64,000 nt of DNA from Octopus sinensis (GCF_006345805.1 NC_043010.1:23002001-23066000), one strand, 5' to 3'; shown: positions 25,254 to 40,324, counted from the first letter of the stretch. Numbers and translations are program-made. The notes: generated by a model not told the origin, from the letters alone.

Positions 25254-26120
25254 ATATATATATATAAACATACACACACACACACATATATACACGTATA
25301 TATACGTACTTCGATATATACGTGTGTATATAGGTATATATATGTGTATGCATGTATGTATGTTCGTATACTATCACGAGTACATATTTTTATATCTTTC
25401 GTTACGGTAAGACACAAACAGACAGACCAATTCTAGCAGCAGACAGTACACCAAAACCATTACCCAAAATATTCTAGCTTCCAAAATTGTTTCAAATTGT
25501 TGCAGACAATTAGCAATGAAACTACAGTAAAACGGAATTAATATCTTACCATTCTTTAAAGTAATAACACGAGTGCCAGCAAGCAATGTCCATTTACGAC
25601 TTCTTGTTTCTGTCACGTTCCGCTTTAATAAACTCGAAGCTGTGAAACGCAGCTGCGATTGTTTGGTAAAGAAGTTCGCTTCGCAAGTGTCGGAGTTTAG
25701 ATGTGATCCCACTGCATAAACTTCTTCTGTCACACTCTTGGATCAACTAATGACTTGTGACCAGGAATTGGTAAATGGAAACCATGCAAAACACCGCTAT
25801 ATTTGGCTAAAAAGAGATGATGAAGCCAGGTTGAAGAGCTGATGTGTGGACATGAGGCAAACATTGGTTTCTTATGTGGTAAGCCAGGCGTACAAGGTAC
25901 TTTTGATCGCAATATAACCACGTTTGTCAGCTCATCCAGTAGCCGAGACCGTCCATCAGTGGGTCTGGTGGTTCATTGTAAAGCCGTCGTGAGGTAAGCA
26001 CAGAATGGGGGCGCATCTCTCCTATTGATCCCTAAAAGCTACTGGTTTTCGATATGCGGAGTCTTCGATCGATTGCACTCGCACGAGCAAACTGTTTCTA
26101 AATCTTTCCTTCTCTCTCTT

Positions 26121-26157
<37 letters not shown>

Positions 26158-26168
26158 ATATATATATA

Positions 26169-26554
26169 TCTCTCTCTATATAAACGGCAGTTTGTCTGTG
26201 CGTGTTTCTGTGTGTCTGTTTTCTCGTACCCTCACCCTGACCACGGCTTTCAACCGATTCTGATGAAACTTGACACACACATAGCCCAATGTCATAATTC
26301 AAAACTAACGCAGCGAAAATTTTGAAAAGTTCCCCCAGTTCTGAAAAAAATCGATAAATTCGACATGGGGTCGAGAATAAAAAAAAACAAACCACAGACT
26401 GTCTAGGGGACGCAACTCAACCTTTTTTTACTCTCAAAAAAAAATTTACCATCATTTTTTTTCCATTTTTTTGCTATTTTTTGGCTATAACTCTCTAAAA
26501 ATGCTTATAGTTATTTCCCTTACAAACCTGAGCAACGCCGGGCGATGCTGCTAG
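26169..26554 (+). mobile_element. Non-autonomous Helitron-like element
   Basis: 5' TC after A, subterminal GC-rich hairpin CCTGAGCAACGCCGGG, 3' CTAG followed by T, no TSD. Confidence 0.75.
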
Positions 26555-26683
26555 TATATATATATATATCTATATATCTGTCTATCGCTATCGCTCTATC
26601 TTTCTCCACATATATATACACATACGCACACACGTATACACACACACACACATACGCACACACACACACATACACACACACAC

Positions 26684-26727
<44 letters not shown>

Positions 26728-26753
26728 AAGGGAAAAAGATAGGAGAGGGAAAC

Positions 26754-26827
<74 letters not shown>

Positions 26828-27464
26828 GTGTAAATATACATATCCATTGGTTATATTGTCGTATGATTGAGAGAGGAGTGCTCAGTACGTATTCTAGAGC
26901 GTTTGGGTTTCATCATTGAAAGTGAAAGTTGATCTCGTGACTCAAAGATCGCAGAGCGTGAAACTCGAGTTGGTTTCTGTTTCAATAATGGATATACAAT
27001 ATACATACATACATACATGCATGTATATATATATATATACATACATACATTATATATATATAATATATATATATATATCTATATAATATATATATATATA
27101 CTACACACTATATATAGATTTTTTTCCTCCGTCTTCCCTTCCTTGGACCTTTCCTTTTGCTATGTTTCTAACGAAATGTTAAATCCTCCTTCTTTCTTTC
27201 CTTTACTGAGCGCCAATAATACTATACTTGTTCCACGTCTTGGCGTTATTGTGTTTCCTCTTTGTGTTTTCATGTTTGGATTAACTCCACATATATATAT
27301 ACATATACATATATATACATATATATAATCAAAACAAGCAACAAGTCTATATCTAGAGGTAATGAAATACGATCGTTTCACGCAACTCCATTTAATTGAA
27401 CAATGTGCAACTATTACATCAATTAAATTTAGAGCAATCCTCAGCTGCACAAAGACATAGAATT

Positions 27465-27503
<39 letters not shown>

Positions 27504-27504
27504 C

Positions 27505-27558
<54 letters not shown>

Positions 27559-27569
27559 TTTTCTTTTTC

Positions 27570-28190
27570 TTTATGAAGTTACACCTCAGAGCTGTTATTG
27601 CTGGGAGCTTCCTCTAAAATGTGGCACTTAGTGAGAATGGAGTTTGATGTCGCTACCCTCATTTGTACCTCTTGTCGTGAGGTAGGTTCATCTGGGACTC
27701 TCGACAGGAAGAGGTCCAGTTTTGTTATGAAAACCTCTACATCCACTCTGTGTAGGTCCCTCAGGCTCTTTGGCAGAATATTAAAAAGCTGTGGGCTCCT
27801 GAAAACCAGGCTGTTACAGTAACTGGTTCTGAAGTGCGAGGCATTGCTGGGATCTTTGACACAGCGCGGTGTCGACGCGTCCTGGCATTTGTGTAGCTTT
27901 TAATGCCAAAAGTTGGCCCAATTCTTTCCAGGATCTTCCAGATTATATAACTGCATACCTCTCCCGACTTCGCTACAGGGAGTAGAGTCTTTGCTCTTTC
28001 AGCCTTTCCCAATAGCTGAGCTGTTGCAATGAGACGATCTTCTTTGTGCAGCTTCGCTGGATTGCTTCAAGGTCCACTGGTAATTTTACACTGTTGGGTG
28101 ACCATAGCTGGGAGCAGTAATCCAGGCGGCTGACCACGAATGTCTTCCAGAGGATCATTATGGTTTCCTTTTCTCTGGTTCTGAACGTTT
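27570..28190 (-). mobile_element. CR1-group LINE 3' fragment
   Basis: LWKTFVVSRLDYCSQLWSP...LEAIQRSCTKKI..LSYWERLKE.RLYSL; YIIWKILE. Confidence 0.8.
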
Positions 28191-28241
28191 CTATATTTAT
28201 GAGTAAATATGCATGTATGTCTGTAATTTAAGTATATCGAA

Positions 28242-28341
<100 letters not shown>

Positions 28342-28456
28342 GGCCTGCTCGCTTAGCCAGCGGGGTGGCGTTATTCGAAGGCTAAAACAATGCGAATGCA
28401 TTGTGACCAGCGATGTGTAACAACATCTGATGGTCTGGTCGGTCACGTGATCACGT

Positions 28457-28529
<73 letters not shown>

Positions 28530-28905
28530 GTATTGAGCGAAAACACCTAAAGCTCCACGAATCTCCGGCAGTGGGTGGTGGCGAACCCTGCTCTACTCTT
28601 TCACCACAAATTTCTTTCACTCTTTCTTCCTGTTTCTGTTGTACCTGTATTTCAAAGGAGTCAACCTTGTCACGCTCTGTGTCACGCTGAATCTCCCCCG
28701 AGAACTACGTTAAGGGTACACGTGTCTGTGGCGTGCTCAGCCACTTATACGTTAATTTCAGAAGCAGCTGTTCTGTTGATCGGATCAACGGGAACCCTCG
28801 TCGGCGTAACCGACAGAGTGCCACGTTAAATATATATGTGTGTGTGTGTGTTTATACATATATGGACACAGATACATATACGTGTGTATATATATATATA
28901 TATAT

Positions 28906-31152
28906 AAAATAGTAAAAAGTGAAAAAACTACAGAAGGCTTGTTTTAAAAGGTTAGAAAATATATATTTAAGTCAATATGTATGAAGAATATTATAAATTT
29001 TTTTCTTACAATGATATAGTTTAGAAGAAAGACCGGTTTCGCGTTTAACTTTTCAAATTTCTTACGTCGTTATGTTTATGTTGAGCAGAGTTATCGTTAT
29101 GTTTACGTTGAAAAGAGTTCTAAATAACGGGAGGTAATGAGTGATTTCTTCCGGTGTAAGGGAGATAATCGCTTAAAATTTTTTGCCTTTCCCTTGGTGT
29201 GAATTTCTCTGTATCAGTATGTTGGAATGGTTAAGTCTGGGCTTGTACTTTTCAATGAAGAATGTTTCCTTGTTTAGTCTAATTTGTGTTGATGATCCGA
29301 TAGCACATTGGTAAAATGGAAAGATTAAAAATTGTGGTAGAAGTTGCTTTGCGCATTTCTCAATGTGCTCACTAAAAGGTATCATTCTGTATTCTGGCAT
29401 GCAATCTGTTGTCGATGCAGTGTGCATCTACGTCTGAGTGATAGTCCCGTGGATCCCACGTAATCTTGGTGGCAGCCCGAGCATCTTATGACATAAATTA
29501 TGTTTTCAAAGGCACAAGTAAAGTTAGATTTGATCTTGAATTTCTGTCCCTCTTTGAAGAGGAATTCTGATCCTTCTAGCAGGTTTGGACATGTTGCACA
29601 GTTCGATCTACCACTTTTTTAACTTTTGCATCCGTAATTTTAGAAAACAATTTTGCCTTTGTGGGAATCTTTTTTAAGTGATTTAGGTTGTTTGTAGCTT
29701 TTAATGATTTGGTGTATGTTTAGAATTTCCTTTAATTTGGGGTCCTTATGAAGTATTGGTAAATTCTGGGTGATGATTCCCCCGACCCAATATCACACAA
29801 CCTCACAGACAACTCATACAAACAAAATTACACCTAACATTTTTTAGCCAGGGACCAGAGACACCAGGACTCAAGCTGGAACCTAGTAATAAGGAAAAAC
29901 CGAAGATAATCAATCTTTCAACCAAACCTCTTTCTAACATAAAAATTGACATCCTCTCAAAAGGGCTCAAATTTACACCAACTCCATGCAGAGCCAACCT
30001 AAATGAAATCAAGGATAACATAACAGAATTTTGCAGAAAATTAAGACTAGCAGAAGCATCAACCAGTTTCAATACTGAAGATGAATAACTAGTCAAGAAC
30101 AAAAGTGAACACATCCCACACAGAGGAAGAAATAAAGATCTTGACGAATTCTGTAACCACATTGAGAACTTTCCCTACCATACTATACATAAACAGAAAG
30201 TTAACTCAAATTTTAACACTACACAATGGAAGGAACTGATAGAACTTCAAAATGATGAGGATATAACCATTAAGGAAGCAGACAAGGGAAATGCAGTTGT
30301 AATAATGGATACATCATACTATAGAAATCTTGCAATTTCTTTGTAAAATCATTAAAAGCTACAAACAACCTAAATCACTTAAAAAGATTCTCACAAAGGC
30401 AAAATTGTTTTCTGAAATTACGGATGCAAAAGTTAAAAAATGTGGTAGATCGAACTGTGCAACATGTCCAAACCTGCTAGAAGGATCAGAATTCCTCTTC
30501 AAAGAGGGACAGAAATTCAAGATCAAATCTAACTTTACTTGTGCCTCTGAAAACATAATTTATGTCATAAAATGCTCCGGCTGCCACCAAGACTACATGG
30601 GATCCACGGGACTATCACTCAGACGTAGATGCACACTGCATCGACAACAGATTGCATTCCCAGAATACAGAATGATACCTTTTAGTGAGCACATTGAGAA
30701 ATGCGCAAAGCAACTACTACCACAATTTTTAATCTTTCCATTTTACCAATGTGCTATCGGATCATCAACACAAATTAGACTAAACACGGAAACATTCTTC
30801 ATTGAAAAGTACAAGCCCAGACTTAACCATTCCAATATACTGATACAGAGAAATTCACACCAAGGGAAAGGCAAAAAATTTTAAGCGATTATCTCCCTTA
30901 CACCGGAAGAAATCACTCATTACCTCCCGTTATTTAGAACTCTTTTCAACATAAACATAACGATAACTCTGCTCAACATAAACATAACAACGTAAGAAAT
31001 TTGAAAAGTTAAACGCGAAACCGGTCTTTCTTCTAAACTATGTCATTGTAAGAAAAAAATTTATAATATTCTTCAGACATATTGACTTAAATATATATTT
31101 TCTAACCTTTTAAAACAAGCCTTCTGTAGTTTTTTCACTATTTACTATTTTT
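28906..31152. mobile_element. Penelope-like element (Neptune-type) in inverted tail-to-tail arrangement
   Basis: Arms 28906-29710 and 30346-31152 are near-identical reverse complements. The spacer encodes the PLE N-terminal region (IINLS..LSKGLKFTPTP..EADKGNAVVIMD); the arms encode GIY-YIG. Confidence 0.9.
30330..30884 (+). pseudogene. PLE GIY-YIG endonuclease domain with upstream Cys motif (RT deleted)
   Basis: KCGRSNCATC...FTCASENIIYVIKCSGCHQDYMGSTG.SLRRR..LH...E.FFI..Y.P.LN; joined out of frame to the ADKG motif at ~30278-30289. Confidence 0.85.
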
Positions 31153-31207
31153 ATATATTCAACCACGTGCTTTCACAAACCAACTTTCTGATTTATATAT
31201 ATATATA

Positions 31208-31259
<52 letters not shown>

Positions 31260-32406
31260 GATTATATATATATATAGTTATATATATATATTTATAGTTT
31301 GTGCTTTAAATTCATGGTGAGGGAACCGCTTGTCTGATTAGATATGCAAATGTTAATACTTGCAGTTTTGATATTTGTAGTTTTATTGTCTTTTAAGCAG
31401 TTTAATTAGCTTTAAACATAGCAAGGTTTATAATAATAGTTAATTACAAGTACTTTTATTAGTTGCTATTTAATAAAATTTAAGTGTATATTAGTCGCTG
31501 GTAATTAAATATTATAATTTGTAGTGGAAATATATTAATGAGTATGAAGTGTTCTTTTATTAACTTTTGAATGATAAAATAATGTATATCACTCATAAAA
31601 ATATTAGTTAAATTAATTTCAGTCTTTTTTTGTTTTGGAGAAATTTTATAAGGCTTGAACTTCCATTTTAGTAGTATCTATGGAAGACCGGTGGGATTAT
31701 TATTTATATGGACTTAAAGATGGGTGGTAACTTAGCATATAATTTAGTTATTGCCGTTTACTATTAATATCGATACAATGGACATTGGTTTATATGTCTC
31801 TTTCTTGTAGTTCTATTAAAGTTAGTGTTTAATCCTGTCTATAAATTGATTGAATGAATTAATGTGGCATCCAATCTTTTATTTTTATATTACATTATGG
31901 AAGACGGTAGGGATTATAATTTTTGTATGACTTAATAGAGTTGTCACTGTTTAGTTACGTATTTAGGAGTGATTGTAATTTACTTATGGAATTTATTTAT
32001 CGATACGGTTGTACATAGGATAAATGTGTTTGAAAGTTGTGGTTTCTTTAGTTTGTTCCCGATCAACACTAATTTTAGTGCTGTTGACACCGCCGGATTG
32101 AATGGTACTACTCAGGTTTCCAAACCATAATGATATCCGAGGGGCAGCTGATGATGGAGGTATGTTGGCTTGTTGGTATGGCTGTGGAATAGTATTATAA
32201 CACATCCTGTTGATACATACATGCATGCATACATATATATATATATATATACAGCATGTTCTTTGTCTATCGCCTTACCTTCTTGGAGGTTTTAGGTAAA
32301 ATTATACTAATGTGTCCATCTGTTTTAATTTAATTCTATGTATTTATGCAGCTGAGGATTACTCTGCATTTAAGTTACCTCTGGATATCCTGTTGCTTAT
32401 TTTGAT

Positions 32407-32454
<48 letters not shown>

Positions 32455-33854
32455 CACCATATATATATTATATATATAATATATATATATACTACATTTA
32501 TAATACATATATAATGCAAAACGGACCCTACAGATTGTAGTAGCCAATAAAATATTTGTCTGTGAGGCTCGGTCCTAAAGAATCGAAGGCCTGTCTGAGG
32601 ACCCGTTTTTTAACGAATAAATTATTCATTGAAACCGTTCATATTATATATAATTTTCCTCTCTCACTGCATAATTTTTTTTTTCTGGTTCCCATTTTGA
32701 TACACCTTACTTGAAATATTTTAGCACTAACTTAAAGTATCAAGAATGACGTATTTTATTTATTTATATAAATGTCCAAAATTACAGCAAGTAATAAAAA
32801 TCTTTACAGAAGAGAATAGAATATAAAAGAACACAGAGAATGGAATAAACCAGAATACAATGGGATAAACCAGAATACAATAGAATGCAATATAAACAAA
32901 TATCTTAATATTTTCCTTTGCTGTCGTGTGTGATACGTAAACAGAAATACCACTTGACAAAGCTTGAATATTAAATTGTAGAATATAAAATAGATGACAC
33001 AGATAATCAATATGTCTTCAAAAAGAAAGTCGGAAAATAACAAAATATAGAATTCTCAATATATATCTACAATTTTCAATGAATACAATTGAACTCAAAG
33101 CATTTTCAGATCGTTCGCTCATTCAACGTGGTTACAAAACAACGCAAGAAATCTATTACTAAAATTGACTTCTGTTGTCTTTGGAAACCCAAAATCTTAA
33201 TCTTCGAGACTTTATTTATAAAGAAATACATCTTTTTGTAGATATGAAAGGAAAAGACAAATGTGTATATGTTCATGTGTGCATAGGTGTATGTATATAT
33301 ATATATATATGCACACACACACACAAATATATACGTATATGTACATATGTATATGTGTGTGTGTATGTGTGTGTGTGTGTGTGCGTGTGCGTGCGGGTGT
33401 GTAGATTCTTTCGATTATTTCATCAAACTGGATGTGCTGCTGCTAAAAAATTTCTATCATGGTTCTAACTAAATATCTGGGGATAAACCATAAAAGTACA
33501 TACATACAAAGCTATACACATATACATACATACATGCATATATATATACATACATACATACATACATACAACATACATACATACATACATACATACATAC
33601 ATACATACATACTTACATACATACATACCACAAATGCATAAAAACATGCATGCATGTATATGTATATATAATATATATATATACAAACTGAGATAGGAGT
33701 TGTAAATGCAACCCTCTATGGGATAACGTATATCCAATATACTGCTAGTGAAGTACCCAACAAAGTTAATACATAAATGTTAATGATTGCGATGCAATCA
33801 ATTCATTTACTGTTTTATATGGGCAAAGGTAAAATGATTTACCACAAATTACTA

Positions 33855-35362
33855 ATACAAGATAAGAAAATGGAGAAACACATCTAAATCAAATATCAAT
33901 TATCAGATAATACTCAATCACATACTTTATTAAACCACCACATAAGAGACTGTAGGGTTAAATATAAAAAGCAGAACAAATCAGTGTACATAAAGGAATG
34001 TACATAAAAAAGTGTACATAAAAGAGTAATGTTGTATAATAATTAGAATATATATAAAAAAGAATATGAATACAAGTAAATATAAATATAAGCATACATC
34101 ACATCTTACAGCTGTTTCGGCCATGTCGATAATTATGTCTCATTTTACCAATATTAGCCCTTTATGGTTGGTCAATATATAGATATAAATGAGACATTAA
34201 CAAAAATATCACAAGGCCTCTTCGGAGATTATGTAATATAACACAGTCTACACATATACCCACATGAGTGTGGGTGCGTACCCATAATACAACATATATA
34301 TATACATATGAGTGTATATACTCACACTCCTATACATATAAAAAAAATATACATTTACATAATGATATAAATAAATAATATAAATTAGTAAACATATATA
34401 TGTTTTCCACACCAAATGTCTCAGTTTTTTGACTTAATATTGTGATAATAAACATACACAAATTAATATCTAGATGTAAATATACATAGTCAATAGTACA
34501 TTATATCACTTCATAATAGGTTCAAAGTGTCATTAAAGTTAGTATCATTATCGTTGTCAATACAATTAATGTTATCATTGTTATCATTCATAATATTATT
34601 AATAACTCTTACATTATGATCCAGAGCAGAATATATGTATGTCCGTGATCCAGTTAATAATTTTCCTTATGGCATAAATATACTATTGGATTTGAATTTA
34701 AAATTATCATTATTTTCCTCACGGTTGGTCAATTGAGAACCGCCCGACCTCCACCACACCGTACAAGCAAAACATACACATCCACATCTAACCCTAAACC
34801 CATAAATCCACACAGAGACTCACACACACATGTACACACACATGAATACACCCCTACACATTTCTCCAATATTGGAGAGTGCATGTCTGTCATCGTATTG
34901 CTTATAGACATATCAGTACAGGCAGCAGTGTCTAACACTAACACACACACTCACACGCACATCCGCATATACGCATAAATATTAATACACTTTCCTATAC
35001 TGTGTCAGGGAACTTTCGCACACACATATATATATATGTTTTTTTAAATATATATCTGCGCACTCATATGTACAAGTAGAACCCATATTTATATCTACCC
35101 ATGAATGAATATTCCCATATACATATATACACATCCAAACACGCATCTGCGTGCTTATATGTGTAATAAAAACATACATCCGTACATCCACCCATGATCA
35201 TACCTATATGTACAAAAACATATATACTTATACATACACATTTTCACACACCTACAGAGGTTACTATTAATTTAGAATAAGTCTATTAATTATAAGTTAA
35301 ATTAATAATAGATTAGTAAGTGCCAAATAAACAAAAATAAATAATTAAATAAATAAATATGA

Positions 35363-35413
<51 letters not shown>

Positions 35414-35615
35414 TATGGCCTCGGCTTATTTTGCTATCACTGTTTTCGTGGTGGAAAATCTTCCATCTTATTCTGTGAATTATGTACACTGATTTGTTCT
35501 GCCTTTTATATTTAACCCTACAGTCTCTTATGTGGTGGTTTAATAAAGTATGTGCTTGAGTATTATCTGGTTATTGATATTTGATTTAGATGTGTTTCTC
35601 CATTTTCTTATCTTG

Positions 35616-35618
<3 letters not shown>
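33855..35618 (-). mobile_element. Non-coding Penelope-like element with 139-bp inverted terminal copy
   Basis: 33855-33993 is the near-exact reverse complement of 35480-35618; hammerhead at 34103-34229. Confidence 0.65.
34103..34229 (-). ncRNA. Type I hammerhead ribozyme with long stem II (core U4>C)
   Basis: Minus strand: ATCT-CCGAAGA-GGCC...GGCC-GAAACAGCTGTA-AGAT; palindromic ACAGCTGT stem III. Confidence 0.7.
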
Positions 35619-35649
<31 letters not shown>

Positions 35650-35675
35650 TATACATACATACATGCATACATACA

Positions 35676-35751
<76 letters not shown>

Positions 35752-36309
35752 AGAATTCACGAAAAATCAAATGACAAAGACAGGTGGTATAGAAAACAAA
35801 CAGATGTATTAGTATAAGATATATATATATATATTTCTTTACGTATGTATTTATATTTATATCGAAAACACGACTATATTCTGGTTGCATCTTTTCTATC
35901 AGAGATTATTTTCCTTCGTTTTTGCACGCCAGCACCTTATTGTTCGCTTCGAAGAATAAAACACCCACATTTTTCATTATCGACATTTCCTGTCTTCAGG
36001 AACTTTATTGTTCCAAACGATTAGCAGTTCTAATATAAAGACACAAAAACAAAAATAGAGTTGATAAAAAGAAATATCAAATATAATCATAGTCGTGTTT
36101 TTTCTATCATATTTAAAACAAAATCTGCTCCATATACACCCTCCTACCCTCACGCATATACCTGCATACACACACACACATACACACATAGAGCATATAT
36201 ACTTCATTTTTGTATCTAGTTTGCAAGATTCTTTATGTGAATGCATGCATTGAAACAAAGTTTGTTGTGTTTAGGGAGAGTTATTATACCATTATTATTA
36301 ACACACGTA

Positions 36310-36700
36310 CTGGCAGAAACGTTAGCACGCCGGGCGAAATGCTTAGCGGTATTAAGTCTGCCGTTACGTTCTGAGTTCAAATTCCGCCGAGGTCGACTTT
36401 GCCGTTCATCCTTTCGGGGTCGATAAATTAAGTACCAGTTACGCACTGGGGTCGATATAATCGACTTCATCCGTTTGTCTATCCTTGCTTGTCCCCTCTA
36501 TGTTTAGCCCATTGTGGACAATAAAGAAATAAGAAACGTTAGCACGCCGGGTGAAATGGTTAGAGATATTAAGTCTGTCTTTAGGTTATGAGTTCAAATT
36601 TCGGAAACGATAAATTAAGTGCCATTTTTTTACTGGGGTAGATCTAATTGACTGGCCTTCTCCCCAAAAGTTTCGGGGCTTGTGCCTAGAGTAGAAAAGA
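36310..36700 (+). mobile_element. SINE family B, tandem copies
   Basis: TGGCAGAAACGTTAGCACGCCGGGCGAAATGCTTAGCGG..TTCTGAGTTCAAATTCCGCCGAGGTCGAC. Confidence 0.8.
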
Positions 36701-36916
36701 TTATCATCACACACTCTAGTTTAATTCCAGTCCTTTATTGTAAATCAACTAATTAAATATCCAACTAACTAATTGATTAGTCTGTTGCATTTTTAATTAA
36801 TTGACTAACAACAAGGGAATGTAATTGAAACTGCGATTGTTAATAATATTGCCATAATGATACTCCCTAGACACAATACATATACACACGCATCTATCTA
36901 TCTATCTATCTATCTA

Positions 36917-36976
<60 letters not shown>

Positions 36977-37768
36977 ATAATATAATATATAACATATAAT
37001 ATATATATATATACATATGTATTTGTATATACATATTATATATGTATATGTATCTGCATACATATATAATTATTGCAGCTCACAGCTCTCAGCTGGTTCG
37101 AATTTCACGCTCCCGAGCTTCAGACTACATACAAATTACTGTTATAATTATAAAGCCCTCTCGCTCCTTGGCATTGTGTGCAGTTCTGAGCTTCTCGCTT
37201 GTATCTAGGTTAACATTAAACACACACATACAAACACGCACAAACACACTCATACATGTTACTGGCGCTCTAGCAAGGCTTTGATTTAACGCTCCACAAA
37301 CCACCGAATACATCTATAGATTTATGGTAAGACAGTGTCAGAGGCAAATTTTAATACCTTGATGTTGTTGAGACATAAAGGGGTATCAGCTGAACTATTT
37401 TCAGTCTTTTGCTTGAATTTCGTTGGCAACAACTGACTACCCTCTGTAGCCACCCAATTCTGTAGATATTTATCTAATGTTTTGTTTAAGAAACAAATGT
37501 AAGCTTCTTGCTTTATACACATGATATTCATGGTGAAGAAAGACAGCGGTCAATCAGATTTATTTCAATTTTGTTTTACGATTACATCAATAAGATCACA
37601 AAGTTTTTATATATGAAAAAGACGTGTCTACATCCATGCAGTCCCTGACTACAATTTATAGGTATATTTAGGCATTTATTGAAAGTATCATTCCATTTTT
37701 TGTTAAAAAACAGCAAAGTTGTAATTAGACGAAGTTTTTGTTGCTAATATTTCTAATATGACATCAAG

Positions 37769-37980
37769 GGAGCGAGCTGGAAGAATCGTCAGCACTCCCG
37801 GCAATCTGCTTGAAGGAATGTCGTCCTTCTTTACGATCCGAGTTCCAATTCTGTCGAGATCGACTGTACCTTTTATACTTTTGGGGTCAATAAAATAAGT
37901 ACTACTTGAGCACTTGGGTTGATGTAATCGACTTATTCCCTCACCGGATATTGCTGTCCCTATACAAAAATTTGAGACTA
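37769..37980 (+). mobile_element. SINE family B, diverged copy
   Basis: GAGCTGGAAGAATCGTCAGCAC..GGGGTCAATAAAATAAGTAC. Confidence 0.65.
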
Positions 37981-38311
37981 ATATATCTAGTAAGTTTGAC
38001 CGATGACGTATAGTCTCAAACTGACTCGATACCTTCCTTTTAAAAGAGATTAAAAAGTAATTTGCATGTTAATATCTACACTTGAAATAGCCTTAGAATT
38101 AAAATATTAGTGCTGATACTATTTATGATGTGTAGAGAAGAATGGAATGACAGAGAAACGTGTATGTTAAAAGCAGAAGGCTTCACAAAGAACTTCGGTG
38201 GATCATTAGAAACAGTATTTCGATTGATTTATTCTCCTCAATATCAAATATCCCGGACCTTCTAAGCTAAGCCCAAAATATTTGTTCTGATATAGAAATC
38301 CACAGCCAAAG

Positions 38312-39652
38312 TGCGAAGTACATACAAAAAGTATCAGACTTTATTTTTCCCCGCCAAAACTAATGCTGTATGAGCAAACTCTTTTTGGGTGGGAGGTGAC
38401 GCTATCCTTCCAACGCATTTTTGTGCCGGTAAGCCGCACCAGTTCCCGGCTGTTACGCCTGGAGTACAGACGTGTAGAACTCGCTCAACTGATTTTCGTT
38501 TTCACATCAAGCTGAAACTACAAACCCATTTCTTATCACCGGTAATGTTGGTCTTCATGAAGTTTGGGTCATTGTTTGCACAGACCAGCATGTCCTGAGG
38601 TATTTCCATGCAGAGCTGCTTCCGCTGCTCCAGTACTTTGTGGAGGACTTTTGCCGACACACTCCGCATGCACAAATCCTCCGTTAAAACGGAATACACT
38701 AATCCCGTGCTTATTCTCACTTTGTAAGCAATTTCTTAGATTATCACACGACGGTCACCCATGACTATTCACCGAACCTTTTCAACAGGCTCCTCGTTTT
38801 GGCTTGTGGACGATCTACCAGAAAGTTCTTCGCTCTCCACTTAGTTGTGGCCGTGTTTGGAGCGGTTGTACCAATGACGTTAGCACGCCGGGTGAAATGC
38901 TTAGCGGTATTTCGTCTGCCGTTACGTTCTGAGTTCAAGTTCTGCCGAGGTCGACTTTGTCTTTCATCCTTTCAGGGTCGATAAATTGAATACCAGTTAC
39001 GCAATGGGGTCGATATAATCGACTTAATTCGTCTGTCTGTCCTTGTTTGTCCTCCCTGTGTTTAGCCCCTTGTGGGTAGTTAAAAAATAGGTATTTCGTT
39101 TGTCTTTACGTTCTGAGTTCAAATTCCGCTGAGGTCGACTTTGTCTTTCATCCTTTCGGGGTCGATAAATTAAGGACCAGTTACGCACTGGGGTCGATAT
39201 AATCGACTTAATTCCTTTGTCTGTCCTCGTTTGTCCCCTCTGTGTTTAGCCCCTTGTGGATAGTAAAGAAATAGGTATTAAGTCTGTCTTTAGGTTATGA
39301 GTTCAAATTTCAGGATCGATAAATTAAGTGCCAGTTGCATACTGGGGTAGATCTAATTTGAATTTTGCCCACGACATCATCGCCAAAGGCCTTTTGAATT
39401 TTCTAGATGTCTTCAGCTTGAATATCACCAAGCTTTTAGCAAAATGTGTTTCAATATCTCAGCCTGTTCGGTGGAAACGAAAATCCTACAAGCGCGCGCT
39501 ACACGACTCTACTCTTGGCGTAACAACCGATGACTGCAGCAGCTTACAAGCATCAGGAAGGATGTCGTTACTACCTGCCCAAAGAATTTTGTCCACGCGG
39601 CATTAATATAAGCGGAAAGAATGAAGTCGGATACTTTTGAACACACCTCGTA
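38312..39652 (-). mobile_element. Mariner DNA transposon remnant, interrupted by SINE B tandem (38877-39357)
   Basis: Minus-strand transposase pieces: KIQKAFGDD (HTH) and MRSVSAK...NDPNFMKTNITGDKKWV (ITGDE.WV motif); TIR-like TACGAGGTGTGTTCAAAAGTATCCGAC at the right end and a diverged match at the left. Confidence 0.75.
38877..39357 (+). mobile_element. SINE family B, tandem array nested in mariner
   Basis: Two full and one partial ~185-bp units. Confidence 0.8.
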
Positions 39653-40324
39653 TACACTATAATTTGTGCGAAATCTAGTAGGGCTACAATTAAAATCACA
39701 CACACACTTAAAACAGGCTTAGATTCAAATACATGCGTTTATAACTTGCATACGAATGCAAACATGGAACGGCACAAGAAGTAATATTTTATCCTAAAGA
39801 ACTTCTCAGCGAAGCCCTTTATTAAAAGCACGGAATTCAGCTCTATATGTTTGGGTAAAGTGAGGCTGCTTTTCCTAGCCTAGCAAGTACAGCAAATGTT
39901 GATTTGACAACAGCTTCATTTGTAAACGAATAAAGAAAAGCAAACGTTTATCTAGAAACTGGAATATTTTTCTCGTTTTCTCTGCAAACGTTTCATTTAT
40001 TCTCGACCTCCTTATAATGCGTTCATTCGGGTTTGTTTTTTTAAAATCTTTTTCTTTAATTTCTTGGGTTTTGATTCTTGGCTCGTGTTTTACATTTTCT
40101 TGTGAAATGCGATTAAGTAGCATGTAGATTTATGGCTAACCTAAGTGGAAATGATGACAAGATTTTTCAAGAGAGACGAGAAGAGGAGAGCCAAAGAAGC
40201 TGTTGTTGTGTTTGTTGTTTTATGATGATGTTATGGTATGTTACCTTGTATGTTATAGAGTTTAATTTATTTACTAGACTCCAACAATACGCATACATAC
40301 GTAAATATCACACATACATATATG

